Shown here one piece after another: positions 1-12,198 of a DNA stretch of 64,000 bases; positions within the stretch are counted from its first letter, which is position 1; each line of letters starts with the position of its first letter. A program made the position numbers and the translations under genes. Source of the stretch: Convolutriloba macropyga (taxonomy: Eukaryota); NCBI RefSeq assembly GCF_964194025.1, contig NC_134481.1:43338001-43402000 (forward strand), given 5' to 3'. The notes beneath the pieces are model-generated. The model saw only the letters and a program-made list of their open reading frames with translations, searched no databases and was not told where the DNA came from.

Positions 1-2211
1 CTCGTGATACTCGTGAAAAAATTTTTCCACAAAAATGGAATTAGCAAAAAAAAATCTTTTTAAATTTAATTGAGTTAAATGATCCATTTGTTCGTAAGAT
101 TGAAGAAGGAGGAAGAGAAGATTTTTAATGAGACACCAAGAGACAGCGGGCTAACCCAATATAAAAAAGTAAAGGGTTTCCAAATTTTAAGACAAAAATA
201 ATTTCATAGATGTTACTTCAACTCCTTAAACGCATTCTTCGTGCAGCATAAAGATTATGGCGCTTAAAATATAAGCACAATTTTTTTTAAAAAATGTTAA
301 GTATTGGCCATTTTTAGCAATTTTTGAGGAATGTACATATCTCATAGCTACCTCAGACAAAAGTAGCTTGAGAAAATATCGTTTAATTTTAATGGGATTA
401 GGTATTTTTATGCGGTAATAACTAACTTTATATGAAGCGCTTGACTTTATCTCTAGCATGAGAGAGTAAAGTTTTATTCATAAGGGGACAAAGTACCTGC
501 AGAGAATAGGAGATTAAGTTTTTGCAAGGTTTTGAAATACTTACATACTTAATAAGCGTTTGAACGAACTCTAGTGCAAGAAGATAAGATTTTGATCATT
601 AGCGTGTCAAGTACTCAAAAGATGGGGGGCAAAATGTTGTGCCTATGTAAAACGATTTTTTATAACCTACGTTCACCGATGTTTGACAGAGGAAACTGAA
701 CGAAAGTGACATAATCTTAAAGTTGTATAAGGAATTCCTTTAACATCTGTCATTTCATTTTGCTTTATGTAACAGTTCGAAGCACGTTTTTCAGAGTTGA
801 GTAATCTGTTGTTTCTATGAAATTCTGCTGATCCTACTAACTCCATCTGGCGGACAAACGGGTCCTCTCAGTAAAATTGTTACTAAAGAATTATCTTGCT
901 TATCTCTTTTGAGTGAACGAGCTGTTTTAACGAGTATCACTTTCAGTCATCATCAACAATTTATAACAATTTTCCAATTGCTATCCAATATTTTAAACAT
1001 TTTACAATATACTTTCCCTTTTTTCATACCAGCTATCAGTTTTTACCCAATTTTTGAAAATTAACCGTTTTGTCAAAAAAAAATTACCAAATTTTGACCA
1101 ATTTTCTTCCACTTTATCCAAAATTAACCAAACTTATTTAAAAGTTACATAATTTTTAACCAGTTTCGACAAAATTTAATAAAAATCGTAAAAAGAATTG
1201 TAAGTAAATTGATCCAAATGTCAATGAGAGCCTACCAAAATTATCAATTTTAACAAACGTTTTCTAATTATTGATAAAAAAATATCTGATAATTTCTCAG
1301 AGTTTTTTTTCAGTTTACAAGATCTTCACAAGATCAAGATTTTTAATATTATAATTATACCGGCAAAACATTGAAGGTGATCTTATTCGCTGGGATAATT
1401 AAGTCAAAACAATGCCATGATTTTGTTGGCTCCAAATGAGCTGTCAAATTGTAACGAGTGAGTGCACGTGATCAGTGTCTTAATCCATAGAGTTATTAGA
1501 TGTCACAAACAATTTGTTTAGTTTCATAACTTTGTTTTCATTGTGACACTTTACGTATTAAAAGGTCGATCACGTAAGGATTTAATGCTCTTTAAAATGA
1601 AACAAGGAAATTAATTTGCCACAGAACACTACAGAAAACAATGAGTCGATTTGTTAGGAACATTAATACTTTTTATCACGTTAACTCATTTCCCTGACTA
1701 AAAATCATTTTTGTTGGTACGACTTAAATAGTTACGTCCGTTTACCCACAATCTCTTTACTGCACTTAATGGCAATACTAAGATACGTTCTTTCCCCCAC
1801 CCCCCCCCCCCCCCCTCCCCCATTCTCGCTCATTATACTGCTGCTAAGATTTGTATGACATCATATATAATCCTAGTATGATTACAAGGAAATGGCGACC
1901 GGGTGTATTTGTATTCAAGTATTCTAGCTCAATACAAAAACTGAAATCTAGCTTAAAAGTCTAAATCATATGCAAACCAGATCATAAAATGATAAATAAG
2001 TGCAGCAATCTGTTTTTTTGTCAGAACCATTTTTACTAGACCTCCAAAAACACTTGTTCCACCAAAATTTGTTCCTGCGTAACTCTGTAATATTTCCTGC
2101 AATAATATTACATATCTCAAAAAAGTGCTTATTGATTAACCTCACTAAAACGTGAAATAAAAACATGAATTTTAGTTTTAGTCGCTGTGATTCGATATAT
2201 ACGCAATTTCA

Positions 2212-2488
2212 ATGAGAAAAATGTACCATTTTTCTTATACCTTCTGGTCAATTTTACTTGTGACTATTTATTTCACACGGAGAGCTTTGTCAAAAAATTG
2301 TACGAATTGCTCAAAAGAACAACGCCGAATAGTCAACGGAGAAAAGAGCATTATCTGGCCATTTTTTGTTGGACTTGCCATTGATCACCCGGACCAGATA
2401 GCCTTCTGTGGTGCCACTTTGATCGATGAAAGATTCATAATTACAGCTGCCCACTGTTTGTATGAATTCATTGCGAAACCCAGGACAG
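2212..2488 (+). CDS. Protease 1 exon 1 (signal peptide, IVNG, TAAHC)
   Basis: ORF 2212-2514; donor ACAG|GTAATA at 2488/2489, same position as paralog 2. Confidence 0.92.
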
Positions 2489-5400
2489 GTAATAGTTTTG
2501 TAATAGTAACGTAACTCTGCTTGAAGTCACTGAGAACTTCTGGCGTTTCTCGAGAACCGAGAAGGGAATCGAGATACTACGTCAGAATTTTGAGGTGCCT
2601 TTTGCAGTCACGTAACCATGCCTAAAACACGAAACGCGCACGTTTCAAAATGACGAAAGTCAACGGAAGTCAATTTGAGGCTAAGTAACGACTTCTGGCA
2701 TTTTGATTTCTGGCACTGCAGACTTTCAACATTTTAAAAGGTGCATAAGGGTGTTTCACGAAATCGGGTTCAAAAACTAAAGTAGAATTATAAATGCAGA
2801 AGAATGACAATTATACATGTGCAGTTTTTTGTCCCAGTTCAAAAATCTATTGGTTACTAAAATTGATGTTTTTTTCTACTGCTTAAACTTTGCTTGTTTT
2901 CACCCGTATCTTTAACCCCTTGCAAAATTTTGTTGCTACAGCTCAGCGAAAGTTTGAACTCAATCACCTTTTTGCGCTCTTTCTATCAATTCCTAGTTAA
3001 AGTTATCTAACTGCCTATATTGTTTAATTTTAAAAGAATTATATAGTCGCAAAATATACGCTGTTTGCAATTTTGGGCTTTTTTTGGGGGGGATGACATT
3101 TGTGGACAACAGTGACAATAGCTCGTTACTTTTTTTGTGTGCTCTTTTTGTGAAAGTTTTACTTCACCTTGTAAAATATTTACTTTGACTATGACCCAAG
3201 TGAACCAAGAACTGTGAACCAATCCTTCATTTTGTTACCTATTTAGTCCGATAGAGTAACAAAAACCCTCAGATAAAGAAATTAATTTGCACGCATAAGT
3301 TATGCTCCAAAACTATTTAATTGTCCTAAAAAAGTATGTTAGATTCCTTATTTTTCTCACTTACGGTTTTTTTTCCTACCCACTTTAGTGGGAGAGGAAC
3401 TATATGATCAGCTGGAATTTTTTTCAGTCAAATTAGGCCGATCGATATATTCATCGTAGAGTGCTGTCATTAGAAAACCCGTCCAATGTGGAAAATATAG
3501 TTAAAATGTTGCTTTCAATTTTGTTTTTTTTAAGGAGTAATTGAGGTTTATATTTTGACATTTAAAAGATTTTCCGCTGTTTTTGTTCAATTTTTTTATG
3601 TTCTAATAAATATGATTCTCTTCAAATATGATTCTCTATTTGTTCATTTTCGTGCTAAGTGCAGGTCTAAAAACTTTCACTCAACATTCGGAAAATCCAA
3701 AGAGGGCTGGCTAGATAACTTCCGCTTCCTTTGATAATGTTCTGGAATTAAAGTTTTGCGTTTTTCTTCTTGTTTAATTCAATAGTTATACTAAAATTCG
3801 TCAAATTTTTCTGATTGATCAAAATTTTGTCGAAGCAAATATTTGACTGACATAAAGAACCATTACGTATTTTCAGAGACAAGCAGCAACATCAAGTTCA
3901 GTTTTGGTCTTATCGTGGATTTTTACAATCCGCAAAATACTTGTTTTGAATTTGTGTTCCTTTTTGCTAAAAATATTTGATCAGACCAATTATAGACCCA
4001 AATCGAGATCCAATAATTGACAGACGCCCTTTACATGCAAATGAGGCCCAACGAGCATATAATTCTTTTCCAATGAAAATACGCGTTTTCATAAATGTTT
4101 CTGATTTTTTGCCAATTTGTGATGCATTTTGTTGTCTTGTCACTTCATCCTTTTAACGAACGGTTACATATGACCTCAATTGTATTGAAGTAGTTGCGAT
4201 TGAACATATCTTATATTTTTGGAGAACAGGTTAGCGTTTTTAACGACTCCGACACCGTTTTCTCGCCGACTAACAACTATTATTTTTTGACTCTATTTGT
4301 TTTTCATCTTGTAGTTGAGTTGTATGGGTAGTTTGGACGACGAAAAGAAGCCAATAGATGATTTTATTCGATAATTTGAATCAATAGTTAATAATACTTT
4401 CATTACTTAATTTCAAATCAAATATAGCTTTTTATTTTCAACAGTGCCCTATTTGTTCTTTTTTGTCTGAATATGGATGGTTCCTTATTTTTTCTAGTGA
4501 AATACAACTTAACTTCGAATTTTACTGTTCTTAGATGCCATTTTCACTTTTTATAATTGATTAATAATTAATTTTTTATTTAGACATTCTGTTTTAGACA
4601 TTCTGACATAATTTATGTTTGTTGTTTTTCTCTGTTGTTGTGCTCTTCTTATTTTCAATAATAGCAAGTCTCAGCGACCTCTATTGAGGCCACAAAACTC
4701 TGTTCGTATAGTGGATTGAGTTTAAAGCGAATTTTTTTCCTATACAGTCTTCTGAACAATGTGTAAATTTTTGAAAGTTTCATTTATTCCTCAATTGATG
4801 GACATTTATGAGCGGGATGTGAAAAATATGTGAAAAATAACAATACCGGGTCTTCTTGTTCTTATTATCTTCAATCAGTAAGGATGGTGATTGCTAGGCA
4901 ATTATCTATCAATTCGGTTTTCTTTGTTGTCTCTCTAATTATAATTTTGTGCGTATTAGAAGCAATTTATATTGACAGTAGTCCATGTCAACACACCAGT
5001 TTACAATTTTTATCATAAGATATTGGTCATGACAATTTACTTGCCGAAAGTATAGGTTTAAGCGTGTTTCAGTCTAATAACAAATTTTACAAAATTACAG
5101 GGTTTTGCAAGTTTTTACATGACAGCCGTGAGGTCATGATTTTCGATTGCCTTGCTGAAGGAACCACAATAATCGATTAAATCACATTTTTGAAATACAT
5201 TCAATTCCTCAATCATACTTTTATCTATTCCTATCAATTTTAAAAATTAGGTCTTGCAAAATTTCTTAACAAGCGAAATATACATTTTGCAGGATAAGCA
5301 TTGAATTCAATGTTTTACAAGAGATGAGATTTTTCAAAAATTTCATCTAGATTTTAAAATAAGGAGAGTTTTTTAAAAAATTCATTAACGATCGATCTTA

Positions 5401-8400
5401 TAAGAAAACAGGCCTGTAAGTTTGAATAAGGGACGCTGTTTGGTTATTGTTATTGCGCAAATCACTATTAATTCAATGCAGTTTTAGATGTTGAAATTAT
5501 TTGTTTTCAAAGACACAAATGTATTGTTTAGATTTGCCCTTGTTCTTGCTCATTATCAACTTGGTACCGAGTCTGATTAAAAACTAGTCCCATTATTTTT
5601 TCGAGCAAGGTTTTTATTTTTAAAAAAAATTTTTTTAGTTTAGGTTTTTTTACTCTTTTTTGACTCTGATAATCAGCATTTCTTTTAAAAATGGACATTG
5701 AGTTTTGGATGTAAATAATATTTGTTGTTATAATTTGATTTTGTCTTGCCTCGTAGTCTTAATAATCATAAGCCTCTAATGTGGTATTTTTTTAAATTTT
5801 TTAAGTGACTTGAGTTGGAAGCAATTTTTTAAATTCATATATCATTATTTTGTACCATAATTGAATTTTGAAAGGTTTATCTCTTCTTGATTTGGAGGAC
5901 AATTGTCACGAGTCAAAATTGTGAACGAGTAGGGTGGGAACCTTATGTGCAAAAGCACATTGACCAGCGTCCTTCTCCTTTTTACCCTCAAACCGCAATG
6001 AAGTTGATCTTTGTTTCATTATATATTAGTTTGGTTTTCTTTGATGTCCCTCTAATTGACTATATGTTAAAACGGGTAAATTATAATTTTGAGCGTATTC
6101 GAACCATTTTTTGCTGAGAGTCGTCCTTATCCGCACATCTGTTCTCAATTTTTATTACAAAATATTGGTTGTGACAATTGACTTGATTTATGTTATTTTT
6201 TTACTTTGTTTGAGTCTTGTAGCAAAATTTATAAAATTACAGGCTTTGTTTGCAATTTTATATAAAAGAGTTTTAGAAAACATATTTTACTAGTACAATA
6301 ACATTACAACAAACAAGCAAAATTGGATGAAACTGGCATGCTCGCCGTGGCCTTCCTGAAAGAACCACAATATTCGATAAATTCACATTTTTGAATTAAA
6401 ACAAATCCTTCAACCATATTGTTATCTATTTAAAATTAGATCTCGGAAAAAATTTTACGAACGCTGTATTGAGTTTGCCGGATAAACGTTTAAATGCAAT
6501 GTCTTTCAAGAGATTGGTTTTGTTAAAAGTGCTAACTAGATCTCAAACGAAGGAGCGTTTTTCGAAAGATTCATGGTCGATTGATCTTTATAGTGAACAA
6601 GCCTCTAATTTTGAATAAGGACGCTGTTTGGACTCTTGTCACTGCAATAAAAAGAATTAATTTAAGGCAACTCTAGATTTTTTTTAGATTGGCCGGTTGC
6701 TCTTTTGGGTGACTTCAGTGTCACAAGCCGGAAAACAGTGATCTCATTGGCTGCCTTTGAATGTCATCACAGGTTAGAAACCAGTTTCAGATATATCAAC
6801 ACCAATAACGATTGTCGAACCACGCCTCTAATTTTTTTGATTTCAAAATCAAAACTTCTGGTTTAAGCATCCAATTTTCATAAAGTGCTCATTGAGAGGA
6901 CCTGACTAGTTCAGTTCAATTTTGAAATTAGGGTTGTTTTCCAGATCTATCACAGCGGCATATCAGGTTTCAACTTGTTGAAATGCAAGTTAAAGCACCC
7001 TACCATATCACCTGAATAATTCCTGCCAACATTTAACCTCATTAGTATATGATCTTGGTTAATAAAATTTCTTGGGGTAGCTTTGTATAATCTCTACAAG
7101 ATGAAGTCAGCCCGTACTGAGCCTCCAGTGTAGATCAGAGCTGGATCAGAGTTCCTCCAGAGTAAGAGGTCAGACATCGCTGGGCTTAGGTTAGGCAGAG
7201 TTCTTCCCAAAAAGAGTCTTCCCTGGGCCTAGTCTTCACAGAGTTCAGCAATGGAGTTTGGCGCAGAATTTAGCACGGCATGTTTATTCTGAAGTTGCTC
7301 TTGACAGGTGCACCGGATCAATCTACAGCATGTCAAGAATTTTTTTGCGCAACTTGTAGGGATCTCGTTAAATCTTGGCATTGAAAATATTTAAAAAATT
7401 AAATTGGTAGAGAAATCTCTTCTTTTGCCTAAACCTGGAATTATTAAGAGACCGTCCTTGACCGATTTACTTCATGGAAAAACGGTCCTCGACAGATTTT
7501 AAGTATGACAGAAATTGTCTAGACTTTGCGTGATGTCTTTGACTTTGGCTGCAACTAAAATAACCATCCAGGGCTTTGGTTAGACAAAAAAATGAGTCCT
7601 AAAATTTGGCTGAATAATAAAACGTCTGGATTTTGGCCGCTGAACAATCAAACGTGTTCTGGAATTTGGTTGGACAATAAAACTTGTTCTAGAATTCGGC
7701 TGGAGAAAATGAAGTTGTCCTGGAACAATAAATTGTTTACGTGCCATTTTATTGGTAAATATTGCATATAATTGACTTGCTTTATGTATTTTTTTGTTTG
7801 AGTCTTGTAACGAAATTTATTAAATTACAGGCAGAAATTTGAATCGTTTTTCAATGATGATAATTTTTATATTCAAATAGGAAAAAGGAATAACGCCCTA
7901 TTTTTATCATGGCTAATGGGAAGAATACCACTAAAATTAAACGACCCAGTTCCATTCATTCAATTATTGTGGCAATATAGTTCAGCTACGATAACTACTA
8001 TAACTGCGATAACTGCGATAGAAAAAATTCTTAAGCATTTTGGCATTATTCCAACTCGTTTTTTTATTATCCAATATCGTCTAACAATTTCTTTTGAATC
8101 TCCGAACAAACACAGAGCTAAACTCAATGCGTAAATGAAAGACAACAATTAAACATAACGGATTGAAATTCTAAAAAATTATTTGTCATATCAGTTAATC
8201 AAGCTTTCCCAGTTAACGTGCTGCACTGCATCATATTTTCTTGTTTTGGACTTCAAGAAAACCTGCATACATATATTGTTTGAATTATGTAAAAGAAGAT
8301 CCAAGAATCACAATTCGGACTGTAAATGACCAAAATCCGCTCAAATTTATAACAATAATCCCGACATTTTTTGAACAATAAAGATTTTTTTGGATCTTTC

Positions 8401-11157
8401 GTAGATGATATTGGTACAAAACTTCAAAAATTTTGGTCTCCAAATATTAAATAATGATTAGACCATTGAGTTTTTGTATAAAAATCCAGTAAATGGCATC
8501 TGGGTTGTGATATATATCAAAAAATTAAAGGAAACCGTAGGAAAAGACTCTTTAAACTGAGCAAAAAATTCCGTGCGCTTACCGGAAAGAACATTTGAGG
8601 TAAGCAATTCCAAAAAAATGCTCTGCAAATAGCATTTGTATAATTTCATAAACTTAATTGAGTTTGCAGAGCAAACAATTAATTATGTTGTCAAATAAAA
8701 AGGCAATACCGAAGCTATTTTGAAATAATCAAATTAGTTTTTGTTGCTACAAATTTGGCCGCGATTGTTTTTGCTAAACATGATGCACAAAAAATCACAG
8801 TCCTTCATTCCTCATTATAGTTTGCTGATGCAGCATGTTGATTGGTTTTCGATATCCGTCAACGCAACTGTTCACTAAAAGTTTTGTTTTGTGGTAGAGA
8901 GCACGCTACTCTTCAATAATGTTTGAAAAATTATTTATATCAGAATTTCAAAAAGGAAACAAAAACAACTTTACAAGTTTCAACGACTTTTGGCAATTAT
9001 TTTAATACAGAAATTAGAAACTAAGAAACTAAGAAATCTGAAACAATGCATATAAAAACAATAATGAGGATTTGTGAGTTATTAATGCTCAATTGGTTGT
9101 CCGATCTTTCTTTCTCCTTGTTGACAATGCCCATCTGTAATTTCAGCTGTTCTGTCATTTTTTAGTTGTTATTTTCTTCAACTTACAAGCTTTTCGTTTA
9201 AAAAAATGCCGAATATTTTAGTTTTGTTAGTATTTCGCTATGTTAGTTTCGTTTTTCTGGTGGCTTTTTCGCTTAGTCGCAAAAACAATAATATATTACC
9301 ATTGACCTTCTAGTGCGGCGCAATTTCAGACAATTTACTGGCTCCAGTCATTTTAAAATTTTAGGATTCATTCACTGAGATACCAATTGTTTTTGAAATG
9401 TTTATGTTCCTTTATTGTTCTACTAGAAACTAGAAATAATGAACGCACATCATGACACTGATAAAGTTTTATAATAAGCTGTGGATAAGGGTTTGGGCCT
9501 GTAGTTATGAGGTTATGTTAGTTTGGCGCCCCAGGTTTTGAAAATTTACCAAATTCGACGACTTTTTTCAGTTTTTGCTTCTTTTTGCTTTTTCGGTCAC
9601 TGATTGCCTCAAGATTGTTGTATTATGAACTCATTTTAAATAAGCTGAGAGTCATTATTTTTAAAAGTTGTTATTTCTAAGGAGTCTTAAAAAACCAAAT
9701 CTGGAAAGCGAATTTTTCAAATTATTTTTGGATTTTATTGTTCATTTTGCGCACATAGGGTCATGGGCTTTATTGACTGTCTTTTATTTGTGTTGCTGTA
9801 AAAATATTACTGGTCGGGTAATTTACGACTTGTCCTGCTATGTTTTTTTGCTGAAGAGTACGATGTGTCGGATGGAAATTTCTCTGCACATTCTAATCTC
9901 ATTAAGTTAGAGATTATGTTGTTACTGCTGTTTTTCTCAATTATTTTATGTTTCAGGTATAGACACAGGGCGATAAATCGGAACCCTACCGGTCTGTTTA
10001 CCAATTCTACCTCCAGCAGGTTTTTTCAATTTTTCAGAAATTGTTAGATGAATAAATGATAAATTATTTTTTATTGTATGAACTCTTATTAAAATTTGCA
10101 TTCAATAGAAAATTGTACACACTAAAAAGCTAAAAGTTTACAAATTCAGGACTATAAACTTGATTTGCTGATTTTTGTTGATATAAACAGTACTGAAAAA
10201 ACCTTTTACTAAGCGTCTGACTAACCACCTAATTTTTGAGGCAGAGGTACGAGACATTGCAGTTGCTAAACTCCAAGAACCCTGGCCGCATGCCAACTCG
10301 GTCATTGAAATGTGCCAGTCTGCAAATTTAAGCCCAGACAACCAATACACAATAATTGGAATGGGAATTACAAAGGCGAATAATTATGGAAGCTTTGCGG
10401 ATGTTTTACAAGAAGGATACCAAATTGAAGAGACAGCTGAGAGCGACTGTGGAGATTATAAAAAAATTACGGTAGAGAAAAACTGATTGCATGTTAAGTT
10501 ATTCTGCTTGTCTGAAAATTTATTAGTGTTATTTGTCTTCAATATAAAAAAAGAGAGAGAATAACAATTTATTGCCTCGGTATCGATGGCAAAATAATTT
10601 GATTTTGTCTGGAACTTATTTTTTCTCGATAATTAGGAATTTCCGCATTTTTAGCTGCTTTTGTTCACAAGTATAAATTTAGGGAAAACTTGAACTGATC
10701 GGTTGGTAATTAAACTTACAACAGTAGGAATGCTATTTCGAGAGAGAAAAGACTGTACTGAAATAGGCTTGCACGTATACCCCCACAGATTTGTTTATCC
10801 AGTTTTTTTATTAAGTTAAATTCCTATTTTAATCCAGAAGTGTTTTTCCTCATACAGAATGAGGTCACAACTTTGCGAATAATTTAACAAGATTGGAATT
10901 TTTCTTAGACGTTCATGACCGAAGTAATCTGTCTGAAAAGTTTGGACAATGAGCAATGCAGCCCCGGAACATTTGATAGTGGATCGCCAGCTTTCATAGA
11001 AGAGACAACTGTATCTGGATTGAGAAAAGCCAGATGCGTTTACGGAGTACACACAAATGGCCCTCAAAGGTGTGATGGAAGTGGTGCCTTCTACATGCGG
11101 GTTTCTAGATTCAAAGATTGGGTTCAGGAAAAAATGGAGCAGATGAGGAATATGTGA
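2212..11157 (+). CDS. Secreted S1A (trypsin/chymotrypsin-fold) serine protease, paralog 1; 5 exons: 2212-2488, 6688-6772, 9957-9991, 10245-10471, 10909-11157 (~290 aa)
   Basis: Hydrophobic leader, activation site RR|IVNG, CGATLI...TAAHC (His57), exon 2 WPVALLGDFS, exon 4 EVRDIAVAKL (Asp102), exon 5 GTFDSGSP (Ser195) and YMRVSRFKDWV. All introns GT-AG; phases 1,2,1,0 join into one open frame of 873 nt. Start may be 2212 or 2221. Confidence 0.88.
2530..2757 (+). repeat. Dispersed ~230 bp repeat, copy A
   Basis: Reverse-complement match to 54415-54643 (for example ctgagaacttctggcgttt and ttctggcactgcagactttc). Confidence 0.75.
5030..6670. repeat. Old diverged direct duplication (~5030-5480 vs ~6170-6670), with a third partial copy at ~7770-7832
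   Basis: Collinear shared words: gaaccacaata..tcgat..aatcacattttt, aatgt.tt.caagaga, tttgaataagg(g)acgctgtttgg, aaattacagg. Confidence 0.6.
6688..6772 (+). CDS. Protease 1 exon 2 (85 nt, DWPVALLGDFSVTSRKTVISLAAFECHHR)
   Basis: tttttag acceptor, AG|GTTAG donor; same length and WPVALLGDF motif as paralog exon 40402-40486. Confidence 0.85.
7555..7730. repeat. Degenerate ~30-bp minisatellite (~6 units)
   Basis: Recurrent aataaaac..gt(t)ctggaatttggctg(g)ac-like units. Confidence 0.5.
9957..9991 (+). CDS. Protease 1 micro-exon 3 (35 nt, YRHRAINRNPT)
   Basis: tgtttcag acceptor, G|GTCTGT donor; phases 2/1 bridge exons 2 and 4 exactly. Confidence 0.65.
10245..10471 (+). CDS. Protease 1 exon 4 (catalytic Asp, DIAVAKL...YTIIGMG...LQE)
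   Basis: Open frame homologous to 43278-43498; gcag acceptor after a CTAAC/CTAAT branch-like site; ACG|GTAGAG donor. Confidence 0.88.
10909..11157 (+). CDS. Protease 1 exon 5 (catalytic Ser, DSGSP; C-terminus)
   Basis: tttcttag acceptor; ORF 10915-11157 with VICLKS...DSGSP...CVYGVH...YMRVS. Confidence 0.92.
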   Translation, partial: TFMTEVICLKSLDNEQCSPGTFDSGSPAFIEETTVSGLRKARCVYGVHTNGPQRCDGSGAFYMRVSRFKDWVQEKMEQMRNM

Positions 11158-11160
11158 CAC

Positions 11161-11422
11161 CCCAGGCCTAGGCCTCGACTTATGAAAAGAATTTAAAAGT
11201 GTGGAGCTTAAGTCCAGCCCAAATTTTGGGTTGAGCCAAAGTCTTTTGTAAAATATTGGCACCAGCTAAAGTTTTTTTGCAAAAATCTAAGTCGAGCTAA
11301 AGTCCAGATTGTCTTAAAGTCCAGCTAAAATCTTTTCATAGCTCAAATGAGTCGAGCATGGTCTTTTCATAGTTCATTTTGGTCGAGCATTGTCTTTTCA
11401 TAAGTCTGTACCTAGACCTGGG
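11161..11422. mobile_element. MITE with CCCAGG...CCTGGG terminal inverted repeats, 2-bp TSD (AC)
   Basis: cccaggcctagg..gacttatgaaaaga / tcttttcataagtc..cctagacctggg; ac on both flanks; internal gtc(g/c)agctaaa subrepeats. Confidence 0.85.
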
Positions 11423-12175
11423 ACGCTTCGTGTTCACAAAACAAGTTATACCACTAGATTCCATATGACTAATAGTAAGGTATTTGGGTAAATACTGGGA
11501 GTTTGATGACGTTTTATAAGATTTTAAAAACTAATCCCCTAATTCACCTAATTCTATTTCCTGGTTTTTGAAAACAAAAATTAGGTCATTTATAGATCCG
11601 GGCCAGAGCTTATATTCACAAAAATCGACCTCAAATCTTAAGCGTTTTCGTGTTAAAAATCTCTCCTTGATAACGGGGCTCATGTTGTTTTTTCCCTTTG
11701 CATTGATAAAAGTGTAGGCGTGTACCTTTACCGAATTAAACTTATTTTCAAGGAAAGTCACTTTTATTTGCATAACAATAAAACGGGTTAGGTGTTAGTA
11801 AAATCTTAAGTGTGACGTATAACAACAAACGTTATTATACGCATGACGTATAATAACAAACGTTGAAAACACAGCTTAGAAAATGAGTAAATATACTCAA
11901 TTATTCGGTACAATGAAAAAAGCATTGCATTGAACTTTCACATGTTGACAGAGTTATTTCGACAGAAGTTCAACTTAACAAAAAATATACCGTTTTCGTA
12001 AACATTTTTTATCATCGCCTGAAAAGATAGCTTTTTATTTTGTTGGGACATTTCACAGACCTGGGTTTGAATTGAAGCAAAATCTTTACATTCATGTTCG
12101 TTTTTTATGTTTCTTTCAATGCTTTTGTACTAAAGCGAAAATAGGGGTTTTTCTGTAGACGAACTAAGACTCCTA

Positions 12176-12198
12176 NNNNNNNNNNNNNNNNNNNNNNN
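12176..12198. other. Assembly gap (N run)
   Basis: Run of n characters. Confidence 0.99.

Noticed and set aside
10191-10244. Alternative upstream acceptor for protease 1 exon 4 (in frame)
   Set aside because: The paralog supports the gcag acceptor at 10244; the longer form would add 18 residues without homology support
10816-11262. 148-aa minus-strand ORF
   Set aside because: Antisense shadow of protease exon 5 running into a MITE
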